From assembly GCA_036172245.1 (NCBI GenBank), contig JAYWIR010000015.1, positions 2,418,001-2,482,000 of the forward strand: a stretch of 64,000 nucleotides of DNA, in the 5' to 3' direction. Below the pieces are notes generated by a model. That model was not told the DNA's origin, made no database searches, and worked only from the letters and a program-made list of their open reading frames with translations. This document shows positions 24,801 to 35,491 of this stretch, in pieces (the stretch's first letter is position 1; every line of letters starts with the position of its first letter). The DNA is from Raillietiella orientalis. Lineage: Eukaryota. A program made the position numbers and the translations under genes.

Positions 24801-27800
24801 GCTCTCCGAAGGTCCCTTAAGGGAAGGGGAAAGAAAGGAAACGATCCGAAAACTTGCCTCTCGATGCCCCTTTCCTTCCCCCCTTTGCCGGTAGGGTCTA
24901 CCACCCTTCCATACCATTCTCTCACCCTCGATGCGATGTTGTTTGTCTTGCGCTCCCGGGAATGCTCCCAGAGGAGGAGAAGGGAAGGGGCAACAGGAAC
25001 TAGAAGAACCACTTCTCGTCCGGACCGTGCGCGAGAGCGGACGACTGCGCGGCACGGATACGGAGCGCTTCGCCATTCCCTCCCTCCCGAATCACAAATG
25101 CCCTTGAGGAATGTGCGGAGGGGAACTCAGGAAAAGCCCACTCCAGTTCTCCTGGAGATGAATTTCCTTCAGTGGTTCGTGGGGTCACCGGTAGTCACCG
25201 GTAGTGGAGTGCGAGCTCCCGAGGCCGCGGTCTACCGGAGATCATCTCAGTTTTAAGCGTCGCATCGGCGGCTCCCCGTTCCTTTTCTGCCAATCGCTTT
25301 TCATGGAACGAGGCTCTCCCAGAGGTTTCAGGAAGGAACTCAAGAGTGAAGGGAAGATACCAGAGCGGAACTGATGAGTCGGAGGGTCCTCAAACAGAAG
25401 GCATGGCTCGCGTCCGTGGAAAATGGAATGCGCCTGAGGCTTCTCACGGGGATATTTTCAGACGTATCCTTGTAATCTTCTCCCTAGGGCATCGGTCGGG
25501 GGTAGTTCCCAGCATTAGAAATTGAGGCAGGATTGGTTGCTACCTGGAAGACGAGACAAGCAGCAGGGAGACTTCCCTCGTGGGCGGGAGAGATCTCACC
25601 ACGCACTTCCGAGAGTAGTCAAGAGCGAAGAAAGGGTAGGATAAAGGCGGACCTCGGACACAAGATCTACCAGTGGTCATGCACGCGACTAAGGAAAGCT
25701 CAATGCCCCAAGGCGGTAGCGATGGAGACGAAAGCGGCTATGCTGGCTTCTTTTAGAGATCGTAGTCCCCATCGTGGGTGGGTGGACGTGCAAGGCACCT
25801 GGATAACACGAGGCCCCTGCCAACGTCAATCACCACAGGCGCCTAACCGAGCGGTAGCGGGTCCAAATCGATCAACTGATGAATGGATGCTGCCCTCTCC
25901 CCTTCTGATTAGGACATTAGAATGAATGGGTCGAGAGGGCGGATGGGAAACGAGAGAAGAGGGAGCCAGTGAATCCGGGTAGGAGAAGAGGGAAACACGG
26001 AGCTGAGTCCGCAGGGAGACTGTCTCCGGAAAGAGGAGGAAAGGAGAAGGAGAATCGAGAGAGAGGGGGGGGAAGTTTCGCGAGGGAAGGGGGGGGAAAG
26101 GAGATTTTCACCCCGGACTGGCCGGAGATGGCCGAGGGGCATCAGTTTGCAACCGACCTGTTCCCGGAGACGCATTTACGGGAGCGGCACAAATCGCTTC
26201 CCGAAGACCTCTCCATCCCGCATTCCGGAGGAGCCTCATATCCGGAAAGGCAGCATCCTCAAGGGAAAGGGGACTCCGGAGGCAGATTCGAATGATGGGA
26301 GAAATGGGAGGAGAGCACGGAAGGGTGAGAGGGGCAAAGAACGCCTCTCTATTAGCGCCGAGGAACTGCTCGAGGAGGGAGGGACTCGAAACAACAAGGA
26401 GGAGGCTCCCGGCCGTTCCTCGGAAGACGACAGCCCTTTCCAGGGAGAAACGTGTCTCTGTGAAAAGCGCCTCAGTGATCTCCTGCAGATCAACCCGTTC
26501 GGAATGGTGGAATGCCACCCCCTCCCTTCCATTCCGATGACGAGGAAATGGGAACAAGGGAGAGACGAGAGGAAAACTGGAAATTTCCGAGAAAGGAAGG
26601 GGCGAGATTCAGAGCATCTCCTGCTCCCCCACCTCCGGAAAAAAATGTGTAGATCCTGCAGCTGCGTTTCTCTTTCTTTCCACTCTTTCCCCTTCCTTCT
26701 TCCTTTTTCCTCTTCGCCTGTCGCCTTCCCACCTGCCTTCGCTCCAGGAGGTCTCCAGGATCTCTATCGTGGGAGGGTTGCTCCTGGAAGAATCTACGAC
26801 GCCTACTCTCAGAAGCGCTAGGGCTGCGTCTTCCAGAAGCGCCCGTCCATCTGCATGCTAGGCAGGGGAGGACTAGGAGGGTGGTGGAGAAGAGGAAGAG
26901 ACGAACAGATCCTGACACTGTTCCGAACTCCCCTACTCCTCTTCCTGCAAATCCCTTCCTTCTTGCTCTGGACCTCTGACCCTCTGTGGAAGCACTGACG
27001 TAGAGAGAGAGGTGCAATGTTTCTCCCGTACATGAAGGCGTAAGAGGAGCATTCTGGAGAACACGCGCTTCTTCTGGAGGAAACCCGAGCTCTTCCGGAT
27101 GCCCGGTAAGGGGCTAGGATGAGTAGGCGGGAGCAACTAGGTCGTCGCACCCTCTTAGCATCTGGTCCAATCCTCCACCCCGTGCCCTCTTCCTTCTTGT
27201 TCCCGAGTGTAAGAGCTAGGCTGCGGTAAGGCTCCTCTGGGAAGTAGTGCGAAGAGCGGAGAGCGATGAGGAAGGGAGGGAGGGAAGGGGAGAAGAAGAG
27301 CCATCGGCGAGGGTTAGGTGGCGAGGAGGGAGGGGGCGAAGCAGTTCCGTATGCTCTCCCTCCTGACTAGAAATTCTCTCCAGGACTTCCACTTCCTTGA
27401 GACCAGGTTTTCAAGCCATCACACAAGCGGGCTAATTTTCCTGGACGCATCGATCGGGAAGGGCGGAGTCCGTGCTCCTCCTCGCGCCAGCGACGGAGAG
27501 GCTCTTCTGTAGTCCCTGACAACGATCTCCGACGACGGCCCTTGCGAACTAGAGGGCGTTCAGGAAGCAACAGAGGATGAAAGATGAGGAGTAAAGAGGG
27601 ATGGTGACACGGGGGAAGTGAGGAGGAAGCAGAGGACTCCTTCTCTGAGCACGTCACCTCCTTACCCTTCGCTCGCCTGCACGCTCCTTGGTTACGAAAC
27701 CCGAGTTGCCCTCTTTACCGCCTCCTTCGGGTCCAGTGAAAGGCTCTCTATTCCGGGACATAAGCCAAATTCAGGGATGATATCCCAGCTGCCTCCTTTG

Positions 27801-30800
27801 CTTGCCTTCCTTCTCCCTCCTACGATTTACACATCCCTTCTCGCCTCAGAAAGATCCCCGGAAAAAGGTAGAAGAGAAAATCGCGGGCTTCGGGCTTCGG
27901 GTGCGTTGTCCCAGTATTACTACTCCCTTTCTCTTGCTCGTTTCCGGGAAAAGCGAAACTCCCTAAGTACTCCTCCCTCACCCGGCTCGCTCTGCCCCTT
28001 TGAGCATCCACATTCTTCCCTGGGGTGTTGATGCCTCACTTTGGCTGCACCTGTTTCCTCACTTTTGGCGTCATCCAGACCCATCCCATCTCCAGAAAGC
28101 GGATACACTCCTTCGATCGACAACCTGGGAAGCATCCTTTCTCCCCCAATCCTTCCGAGCTGAAGAAGAAGGGATCGAAAGGAGAGACTCTGGAGACTTT
28201 GCAGTAAGGCAGATGGCAGGCCTTCCTATGCTGCTATCACCAGAAGATGCGAACTGGGATGGAGGAAGGAAGGAGCAGAATGGCGTCTAGAGGGTGTGCA
28301 GGCGCAAGGAAAGGAAAGCCACTGGAGGAACAGACACGGCGTCTCGGCATAGCTCGTTAGGAAAAGAGTGTCAGGAAGTGGGACGGAACAAAGGACCTGG
28401 ACAAGACGCTGATTCTGAGGAGAAGGAGGGGAAGGAGAGTAGAGCCGTGACGGCGTCTCTCTCTCGTCCAGGACGAGATCTTTGGAGAGTCTGTCCCCGG
28501 ACATTTAAGCGGACGCTCTTCCGTCTTCCTTACCAGAGATCTGAGGAGATCAGAAAAAGGAAGATATGTTGATCCCACCTCCGCAGAGGAGGTGCTGCCG
28601 CTGCGGGAGAGCTGAGACCAGAACTCCTGAAATCTCCGGGAGAGATAGGTGAAAGCGGCATGCCGGAAGACTTCCTTCACATTTGACTCACCAACCGAAG
28701 AGAACCGCACCCGTTCCTTCTTTACTTCATCCCTATTTGATGTCCTGCAGAAATCGAGGCCGATATCGGCGCATGAACCTGAAGGACGCTGGTGCTTCTT
28801 CTTACGCGTCGACGGTTACGGCACCTATTTACAAAGTAGGTGGTCTTCAGCAAATCTTGAGGCTCCTTGAAGACAGAGAGGCAGAAGATGCTTCATTCCG
28901 AGCGAAATTTTCGCCGGTAACTGCGCAGTGGGCGCTGAAGAAACGGCTGCCCCCCTTGCTCCCTCGACGACCATTCTACAAAGTCCCTGTGGTCTGGAAT
29001 TCCCTGGCTCGTGCCTGAGCCTTCTCAGCAAGGCAAAGGGACGAGAAAGCCTATTGGTGACGGTCTCCGCTGCCTCCCTTCTCCGTGAACCTCTGGAACT
29101 TTCTTGACGCCACCGGGGTAGCTTCCTCATCTCCTCATCCCCTTCTGCTTACTCTCACTTCCTCCTCCTCTTTCTTCCCTCTCATCTTCTGCGACAACCG
29201 GACCAGGTTATCTCGGCTACCGGAGTTCTCCTGTGGACAGAGTCCATCTTTCAAGCCGAGGAGTTTCTTTCCTCCACCTCCTTTGCGTAGTCCGGAAGAA
29301 AGAAATGGGCTCCTCGAGTCCCTGACACTCCGTCCTCCACTTGGAAAAAAAAGAAAAGGATGGATTCCACTTCCCTGAGACCAGGTTCTCAAGCCACCTT
29401 ACAAGCGGGCTAATTTTCCTGGACGCACCGATCGGGAAGGGCGGAGTCCGTGCTCCTCCTCGCGCCAGCGACGGAGAGGGCTCCGACTCCCCTCACTTTC
29501 CTCTGAGAGCCGACTGAATAGAGGCAGCAGAATTTCAAGATGGTTGCGAGGAGCGACGACCCCTTGAAGGAGCAAGCGGACGTGAGGAACTCTCCGAAGA
29601 AAGCATGAGTGCCTGGCTGAGCACCCTAGAGAGACGCGCCTAGGAACCCCTCTGAGGGGTTATCTTGTCTCTCCCGATGAGCATCATCTGATTGTCGGAT
29701 GATTGGACTTCCGGTGCTAACTGCGCATAGAAATGGGACTCCCCTTCCACCGCTCCAGTGAAAAAGTTTGCAGGCAGAGAGGAAGGAGTCCTGCGGGGAA
29801 AGGAGGGTCCGGCCGACAACGCCGCGGCGTCTTAGAAGTCCGGATTAGGCACATGAGGGAAGAAAACGAAGATTTGAGCTTCTGCAGAAAGATCACTCTC
29901 AGTTTGGTCAACCTCCCTTCTCCAGAAGAAATATCACCCCTGCTTCCTGAATTTTTCGAAGAGATTTGCCCCAGGGAAGCTCTCCCCCTTTTTGACAAGG
30001 TAGCAGCGCCTGTCTCCACAGGTTTGCTCTCGAAATGCCGCCGCAGAAGGAGGAGAGGGGGAAAGGAAGGCACGATCTCTCCTCCTCCTCCTTTCCCGTC
30101 CTTTTGGCTGGGACCCCGTATTTCCGAAGATGCCGCCGCTCCCTGCTTTCCCTTTTGTTTCCCTCCTCTTCTCCGCGCCTCTTTTCGTCGATAAGCAGCT
30201 TACACCCGTGTTCCCAGGGAGAATCCGAGAATCCCCTACTTGCCCCTGGGTGGAGGTAGAGGGAGAGAGAAAGGAACCGAAAGGGTGACGGTACACGGAA
30301 AGCGAGGTTTCCTATGCTCTCCTGGTCAGGGAATACGTCTACAGGCTGAGGGAGGAAGAAGGAAAGGAGAGACGCGTTCCCTACCTCCCATGCCTCATGC
30401 ACCATTCCTTTTCCTGAGTAGAAGGCAAGAATAGGAATGAGGAGTGAAAACTGGGAGAAAGAACGTGAACGATTATGACCGAAAGGAGATCCTCAGTTGG
30501 TCTTGAAAGACATTCGCGGGTGAGGTCATGTCTTCTCGTGTCGCTTCTGGAGACCGTCTCCGCCCTTGGGAAGGGTCTCTCAGCTTCCATTTCCTCCTTC
30601 CATCGAAGCGAAAACAATGACCTTCTTTCTCACCTTTCCCAGCAAGCTGATCCTTCGGGATGACCTTGAGAGGAAAGGAGGAAGAAGGAAGAAGAGGATA
30701 AAAAAGGAGGACGGTAAAGCTATCCAACGCCTCTCTCTGAGGAAAGGCTTCTCTTTGCTCGATACCCTGACGTCCCTCCACCAGCAGGGGGACAAAAGTG

Positions 30801-33800
30801 ACAAAGATGCAAGGGCTTGTATCCGGCGTCCACGTCCCGTACAGAGGGAAAATTTCTATTAAGGAGTCAGGGATGTGAAAAGGGAGGAGAAAGGGAAGGG
30901 AAAATGTCAAGCAGGACGTGGTCTTCCCTCTTTCCTCACTCCTCCTCTTCCCCACCGAGATCGCCTCCTCTTTCTCTGTCGTCCGCTTTCTCTGTTCTGG
31001 AGTCACCTGCTCCTTCCTGCGTTCCAGGTCTTCCTACTCGTCCATCCTGGTGATCGTCGCCTTTTCGATCGAGAGGTACCTAGCCATCTGCCACCCTTTG
31101 CTCTCCTACACGGTTTCCGGCCTGCAAAGGGCACTGAAGATCATCGGGGTGGTGTGGCTGACCTCGGGCGTGGCGGCCATACCCTTTGGCCTCTTCACCA
31201 GGATGCACTACGTCGAGTTCCCTCCCGGAAGCCAGACCTTCCTGTCGGAGTCCAGCTTCTGCGCCATGCTCACGGAGAATGTGCCCGACTACCTCCCGCT
31301 CTACGAGATCAGCGCCTTCGTCTTCTTCTTCGTGCCCATGATCTTCCTCGCCTTCTGCTACATCCGCATCGGGTTCGCCGTCGGCCTCAGGGGCAGGGCC
31401 TCTCGGGGAGGCGACGTGTCCTTCAACGGCGGCGGAGGCAGGTCCCACTCGTCCCGCATTAGCATCATCAGGATGCTCGGTGAGAAGCAGCTTCCTCGGT
31501 CCGTTTTCTTCCATGTAGGTGGGCGGATGGGGTGAGGGGGGTCGGAGGAAATGGGGGGGAAAGGGAAGAAACAGAGTCAAGACCCTGTCCTTCCATGCTT
31601 CCCAATGGGAAAGATCTTCTCCGGCTGCCTGCCACAGCAGACCCGTCTCTTCCTCGCTGCCAGCTCCACCCTTCGGTGGCCCTCGACGCTCTCCAACGAG
31701 GGGTGAATGACATCCAAGGGGTTTCGTGGTCCATAGGAGGATGCAAATCGCATATCTGATGGAGATAAATACCTTATGGTATTAACATCCGATGGGGATG
31801 AAGATGTGATGGGCGTTGCTATGCGGCTCATGAATGGGAATTCAAAAGTGGTTCCAACCGAAACATTAGTGGCAAAGGGGAAGGCAGAGGCGGGCTGGAT
31901 GCTGAAGGCACGCTTCCTCAGAGGGAAAGGCAAGATCCGAGGATGCGCGGAAGACACCATGACTGGGGGAAGAGGGGAAGGTAAAGGCCTGCTTTTCGGG
32001 AGTTTCTCCGATTCCTTCCTACTGTTCTCTCCCATCTTTGGGTCCGTTCTCCTCTGTCTTCCGTCTCCGGCAGGGGTCTTCCCAGAGAAACAGAGAAACA
32101 GCGGCACCACCAAGGTTCCATTCCATCTCAGCTCTCTCCTTTCTACTGTCAAACAAAAAAAGGGATTCCTCGTATGAGGAAAGTTCACTTCCCGCCTTCC
32201 TTCCCTCTCCTGCCCCCAAAACTGCCCTCCTCTTGGAGACAGTCGCTATTGACCTGTCCCTCCTTCCATTTCCGTTTGCGACTGGTAGATGCTCTGTCGT
32301 TTCCCGATCTCCAAACCTTCTGTTGATCTGCTAGGATCCTTTCACCCTTTTACGACTAACCATCCGGTAACGGTTGGTCCACAGGTCACCAGATGCACCT
32401 CATCAGGGACAGAGGCGGCTCCAAGGATGCGCCGCGAGAGCCAGGCATCCGGGAAAGGCGGCAGCAGCAGCCGTGGAAGCCCGAGTTTCCTGCTTCTTAG
32501 CTTTGCATGGAGTCCATATCTTCAGAGACGGAATGACCGGCAATGTGCGAGAAAAGGAGAAGGAGAAAATGAGAGGAAAGGAGTCTCGAGATTCCTCCCT
32601 CGGTGCGGTTCTTCGCAGGGGAGAACCCCAGATCATCGAGACTTGAGGGAGGGATGCGGAAGAAGACCGTAGATCTGGGTGTGCAACACCCTCCAGGGGC
32701 TGCCGATCCGACCTCGAATCGATTTAAACCCTTTGGGAGCGAAGACGCTCACGGCGAGCCATGCACCTGACCTCCGATCCCCACGCGCATGACTCTCCTT
32801 CCGGTTTGCGATCATCTCCGCACCGGGATTCGCATCTGGAAGGATCACACTCGTCCGAGGCTGGCAGACGATCGCTCACGAGCAGCAACAGCGGAGGAGG
32901 TGGCGTTGCTGCATTTTCCTGACGCGCTTGCGCGGACTGAGCCAGCTGCCTTCTGGCTCTCCCAGGGGGCGGCTGGCTTGCGAGACGCACAAGCAGGGAG
33001 ATCACAGGGAACTTGGCGGCGCTGAGCGGAGCGCTGTCGCTGCTGTGCCCTGCGGGAACACCAGTGTTTCCTGTCTCGAAGGGGGAAGCTGCACCAGCTT
33101 GGATCAGTGGCGCTCCCTCCCCCCTCCTCGCCTCCGCAAGGCCCTGGGAGACAACGGGAATGGCCATTAGAAGTTGCAGAGAAAGCACTCAGGAACGATC
33201 GGAGGCAGCGGAAAAGAAGGGAACGGAGATGGCGTATCCAGGAAAGCAGGAGAAATCTGAATGACGTGGCTGTTTGCCGGGAGAACCACAAAAGTGATTC
33301 TCCCGGCAGAGAGCCACATGATTCAGGTTCTCGCTCTGCTCTCACCTTCTTTTCTCCTTTCTTCCCAACAAACGATGAGGCGAATCCGGTGTCCCAGTTG
33401 CCATGCCAACCAAAAACTCTGTGGTTTCGGAATGGGTTCCGTGTCCATCAGGGGAGGAGGAACACATCCGGATCCTGTCGCGTTGTCATGGAGATGGTGC
33501 TGCAATTTCGCAGCCACTGTGCAGGTTTTATTTTTATTTCTTTTTTTCTTTTTTTCACAAAGAGAAAAACAAATTAAAATCGTCTGAGGTCGTAAAGTCG
33601 TAAAAGAAGCGTTCCCTAGAGTGTGAAGTCTACTCGGGGAACAAGGGAAGGACAGAAAACGAAACCATCTTCTGCAGGAAAAATTCCTGCAGAAAGGATT
33701 TTTCCTCTTCCTCCTTTCTTCGTCCTCTTCTTCTGCTTCAAGCTCTGGAAAGGATAACGAGATGCCTACATCCTACCGAAGACAATTCCCGATGGATTTC

Positions 33801-35351
33801 CAGTGAAGTCATGCGTTCACCGAAAGCCAACGACGGGAGAAGGTGAAGCGAATACGGAAAGGATGCGCCTCCCTCTCTTCCCATTCTTCCTCCTTCCAGA
33901 AGTAAGGAACGCGAGCGCCTTCCTTACCAGTGCTCCCCTCGGCTCGCTTCCGAGTTCCGAAGATCCTGCCTCGAGTTGGAAAGCACCGGGGAAAGAACCG
34001 TGAGGGTATCTCTTTTTCCTACCTCCTTCTCCTTTTCCTTTCCCCGAGAGCCACCTTCATTCCATTTCCGTGGATACAAGATCCATGAAAAACCGGGAAA
34101 CCGAGAACTCCGTCTGCCACGGTCGCCACTGCCTCTCGCGGCTCAGCACCCTTGGAGCTGCCGCTTCTTTGAGTGCACTCACGGATCTCAGGGGGGAAGC
34201 CGGGAGGCGGAGCCGGAAGTTGATCTTCGCGTGCTCAAGGAAAAGGGTGCTCCCCCCGTACCCGGGGGCCCCAAGTGCATATCTCCGACCTCTCCTCTTC
34301 CCGGAGCCTGCTGCTGATCAGCCGGGTTCAGAGCGCACTAAAGCGGCTGTTTCTCCCGATAAGTCGAAGGACGGGAACAACCTCCCTGCCTTAAAGAGGG
34401 GATCACGCCATTGGTTCACTCCGAGGAGAGCTTCCTTGCGGGAACCGGCGGCTCTGGAAAGTCTTTCTCTTCCTTATGCCGCAACCATGGAAACCTCGCC
34501 GGTCCGGGAAAGAGCCGTCACCGGGATTCTCATCTGGTGAGGGAGGGGCGACGAGGCTTCTTTTTCTTTGACGTCTTTGCTCAGCCTCCTCGGCTCACCG
34601 CGCGCGTTCCTCCCGGGGTGTGCCACAGTGATCGCTTCAGGGTAGTCAGGGAGGTCGCGTCCGCTGCAAAGTGTGTATCCCAGAAAAAAGGATGGATGGT
34701 AAGCAGAGGCAGAGGGAAGAGCGCGTGAAAGAGGTGACGCGTTTTCCGGAGGACCCCTCCTCCCCGCTCCCTTCAGCCTCTGCTGAGAATCCGAGGCTCA
34801 CGAACAGCGCGCTCGCCGCCGGCGGCCGCCTTCCGGAGTCGTCCATCCTGCGGCCACCTCACCGCGTGCGACCCTCATCTCCCCCAGCTCCTCACAACGC
34901 AGCACTCTCACGTTGCATTTCAGCTGCGGTGGTCATAGCGTTCTTCATCTGCTGGGCGCCCTTCCACACCCAGAGACTGTTCTATGTGTACGGCAAGGAT
35001 AGTGACATCTTCCGGAGCCTCAACGAGCAGATGTATCTTACCGCAGGGGTCTTTTACTACGTATCGGCCACCATCAACCCCATACTCTACAACCTGATGT
35101 CGGTCAAGTACCGCAACTGCTTCCACCAGATCCTGTGCGAATGTTCATGGTCCGAGGACAGCGCCCCAAGGAAGACGCCCTCCTTCAGGAGCTCGTTCAC
35201 GTCGGTGCGCAAGCGAAGGCGCCAGAGGAGGTCCCACGACCCGACCGAGTACGTCACGGTCGAGCTGGACGAGGTGGTGCTGGCAGCCGGAGGCAGTGGC
35301 GTCCGCCAGTACAAGGCCAGGGAGAACGGAATTCTCCCCCTGAAGACGTGA
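18608..35351 (+). CDS. CapaR: Neuropeptide CAPA receptor-like GPCR (PRXamide/pyrokinin/neuromedin-U receptor family), join(18608..18869,22319..22409,31028..31479,34924..35351), 410 aa
   Basis: Exons of 262+91+452+428=1233 nt join in frame across GT-AG introns (phases 1,2,1). The protein has class A motifs: GIVGN (TM1), TATNFYLFSLAVSD (TM2), YWQQYPWLFGEFLCK (ECL1/TM3), AFSIERYLAICHPL (ERY), ESSFCAM (ECL2), FFICWAPFHTQRL (TM6) and INPILY (NPxxY), plus N-glycosylation sequons NDS and NVT. WQQYPW and ESxFCAM recall CAPA receptors; CAPA versus pyrokinin subtype is inferred from memory. The start could be 18461, 18608 or 18617. Confidence 0.92.
20034..20047. promoter_or_regulatory. RFX X-box-like motif (best example of a series across the receptor locus)
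   Basis: GTCTTCATGGCAAC fits the X-box pattern GTNNYYATRRNAAC; function untested. Confidence 0.3.
20320..20575. repeat. Degenerate (AAT/GAT/AAC)n trinucleotide low-complexity tract
   Basis: AT-rich island with 3-nt periodicity (gataataatt, aataataac, taatgatgatgac) inside GC-rich DNA. Confidence 0.75.
20570..21185 (+). mobile_element. Putative tRNA-derived SINE-like insertion in receptor intron 1
   Basis: A-box-like TGGCCCGTGTTGG (20577) and consensus B-box GGTTCGAATCC (20635-20645) at Pol III type-2 spacing, with no cloverleaf apparent. The GC-rich body interrupts an (AAT/GAT)-type tract. Boundaries are approximate. Confidence 0.4.
21180..21370. repeat. Degenerate (AAT/GAT)n trinucleotide low-complexity tract
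   Basis: gaatgataatgatgat...aataatgatgatagcaatgatagtaat; same character as 20320-20575. Confidence 0.75.
22319..22409 (+). CDS. CapaR: CAPA-like receptor coding exon 2 (ECL1, start of TM3)
   Basis: Acceptor ttttctgcttccag| and donor AT|GTAAGT; encodes (G)LPYDLKAYWQQYPWLFGEFLCKVRAFMAE(M). This frame is not shown in the ORF track. Confidence 0.92.
27387..27501 (+). repeat. 115-bp direct repeat, copy 1 (receptor intron 2)
   Basis: Ungapped match to 29365-29479 with 6 mismatches counted by eye. Confidence 0.93.
29365..29479 (+). repeat. 115-bp direct repeat, copy 2 (receptor intron 2)
   Basis: Ungapped match to 27387-27501 with 6 mismatches counted by eye. Confidence 0.93.
31028..31479 (+). 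CDS. CapaR: CAPA-like receptor coding exon 3 (TM3-ICL3)
   Basis: Acceptor ttcctgcgttccag| and donor G|GTGAGA; encodes SSYSSILVIVAFSIERYLAICHPL...SIIRML with strongly C/G-ending codons. Confidence 0.93.
34924..35351 (+). CDS. CapaR: CAPA-like receptor coding exon 4 (TM6, TM7, C-tail, stop)
   Basis: Acceptor ttgcatttcag|; encodes (A)AVVIAFFICWAPFHTQRL...INPILYNLMSVKYR...ILPLKT then TGA. Confidence 0.92.
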
Positions 35352-35485
35352 CCCAACTCTACTCCCATTTTTACATTCATGTATTTCTTTTTTTTTGGAG
35401 ACAGAGGGGAGGTTCCCGGTTTTCCTCCTCTCCGCCACTCCCCCGGACACTTACCGCCATCCTTGAGAGGCCGGGAAACGTTGAA

Positions 35486-35491
35486 AATAAA
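35486..35491 (+). terminator. Candidate polyadenylation signal of the receptor gene
   Basis: AATAAA about 135 nt after the stop codon, followed by T/GT-rich sequence (ttatttcctctctgcgtgtgtg), in a region otherwise poor in AATAAA. Confidence 0.45.

Noticed and set aside
18870..34923. Receptor introns 1 and 3 have nearly equal lengths (3449 and 3444 nt)
   Set aside because: No visible sequence similarity between them; most likely coincidence.
18341..35450. Antisense and alternative-frame ORFs over the receptor exons (18341-18796, 30875-31462, 31080-31580, 35087-35380, 35145-35450)
   Set aside because: Shadow ORFs caused by the strongly C/G-ending codon usage of the true exons.
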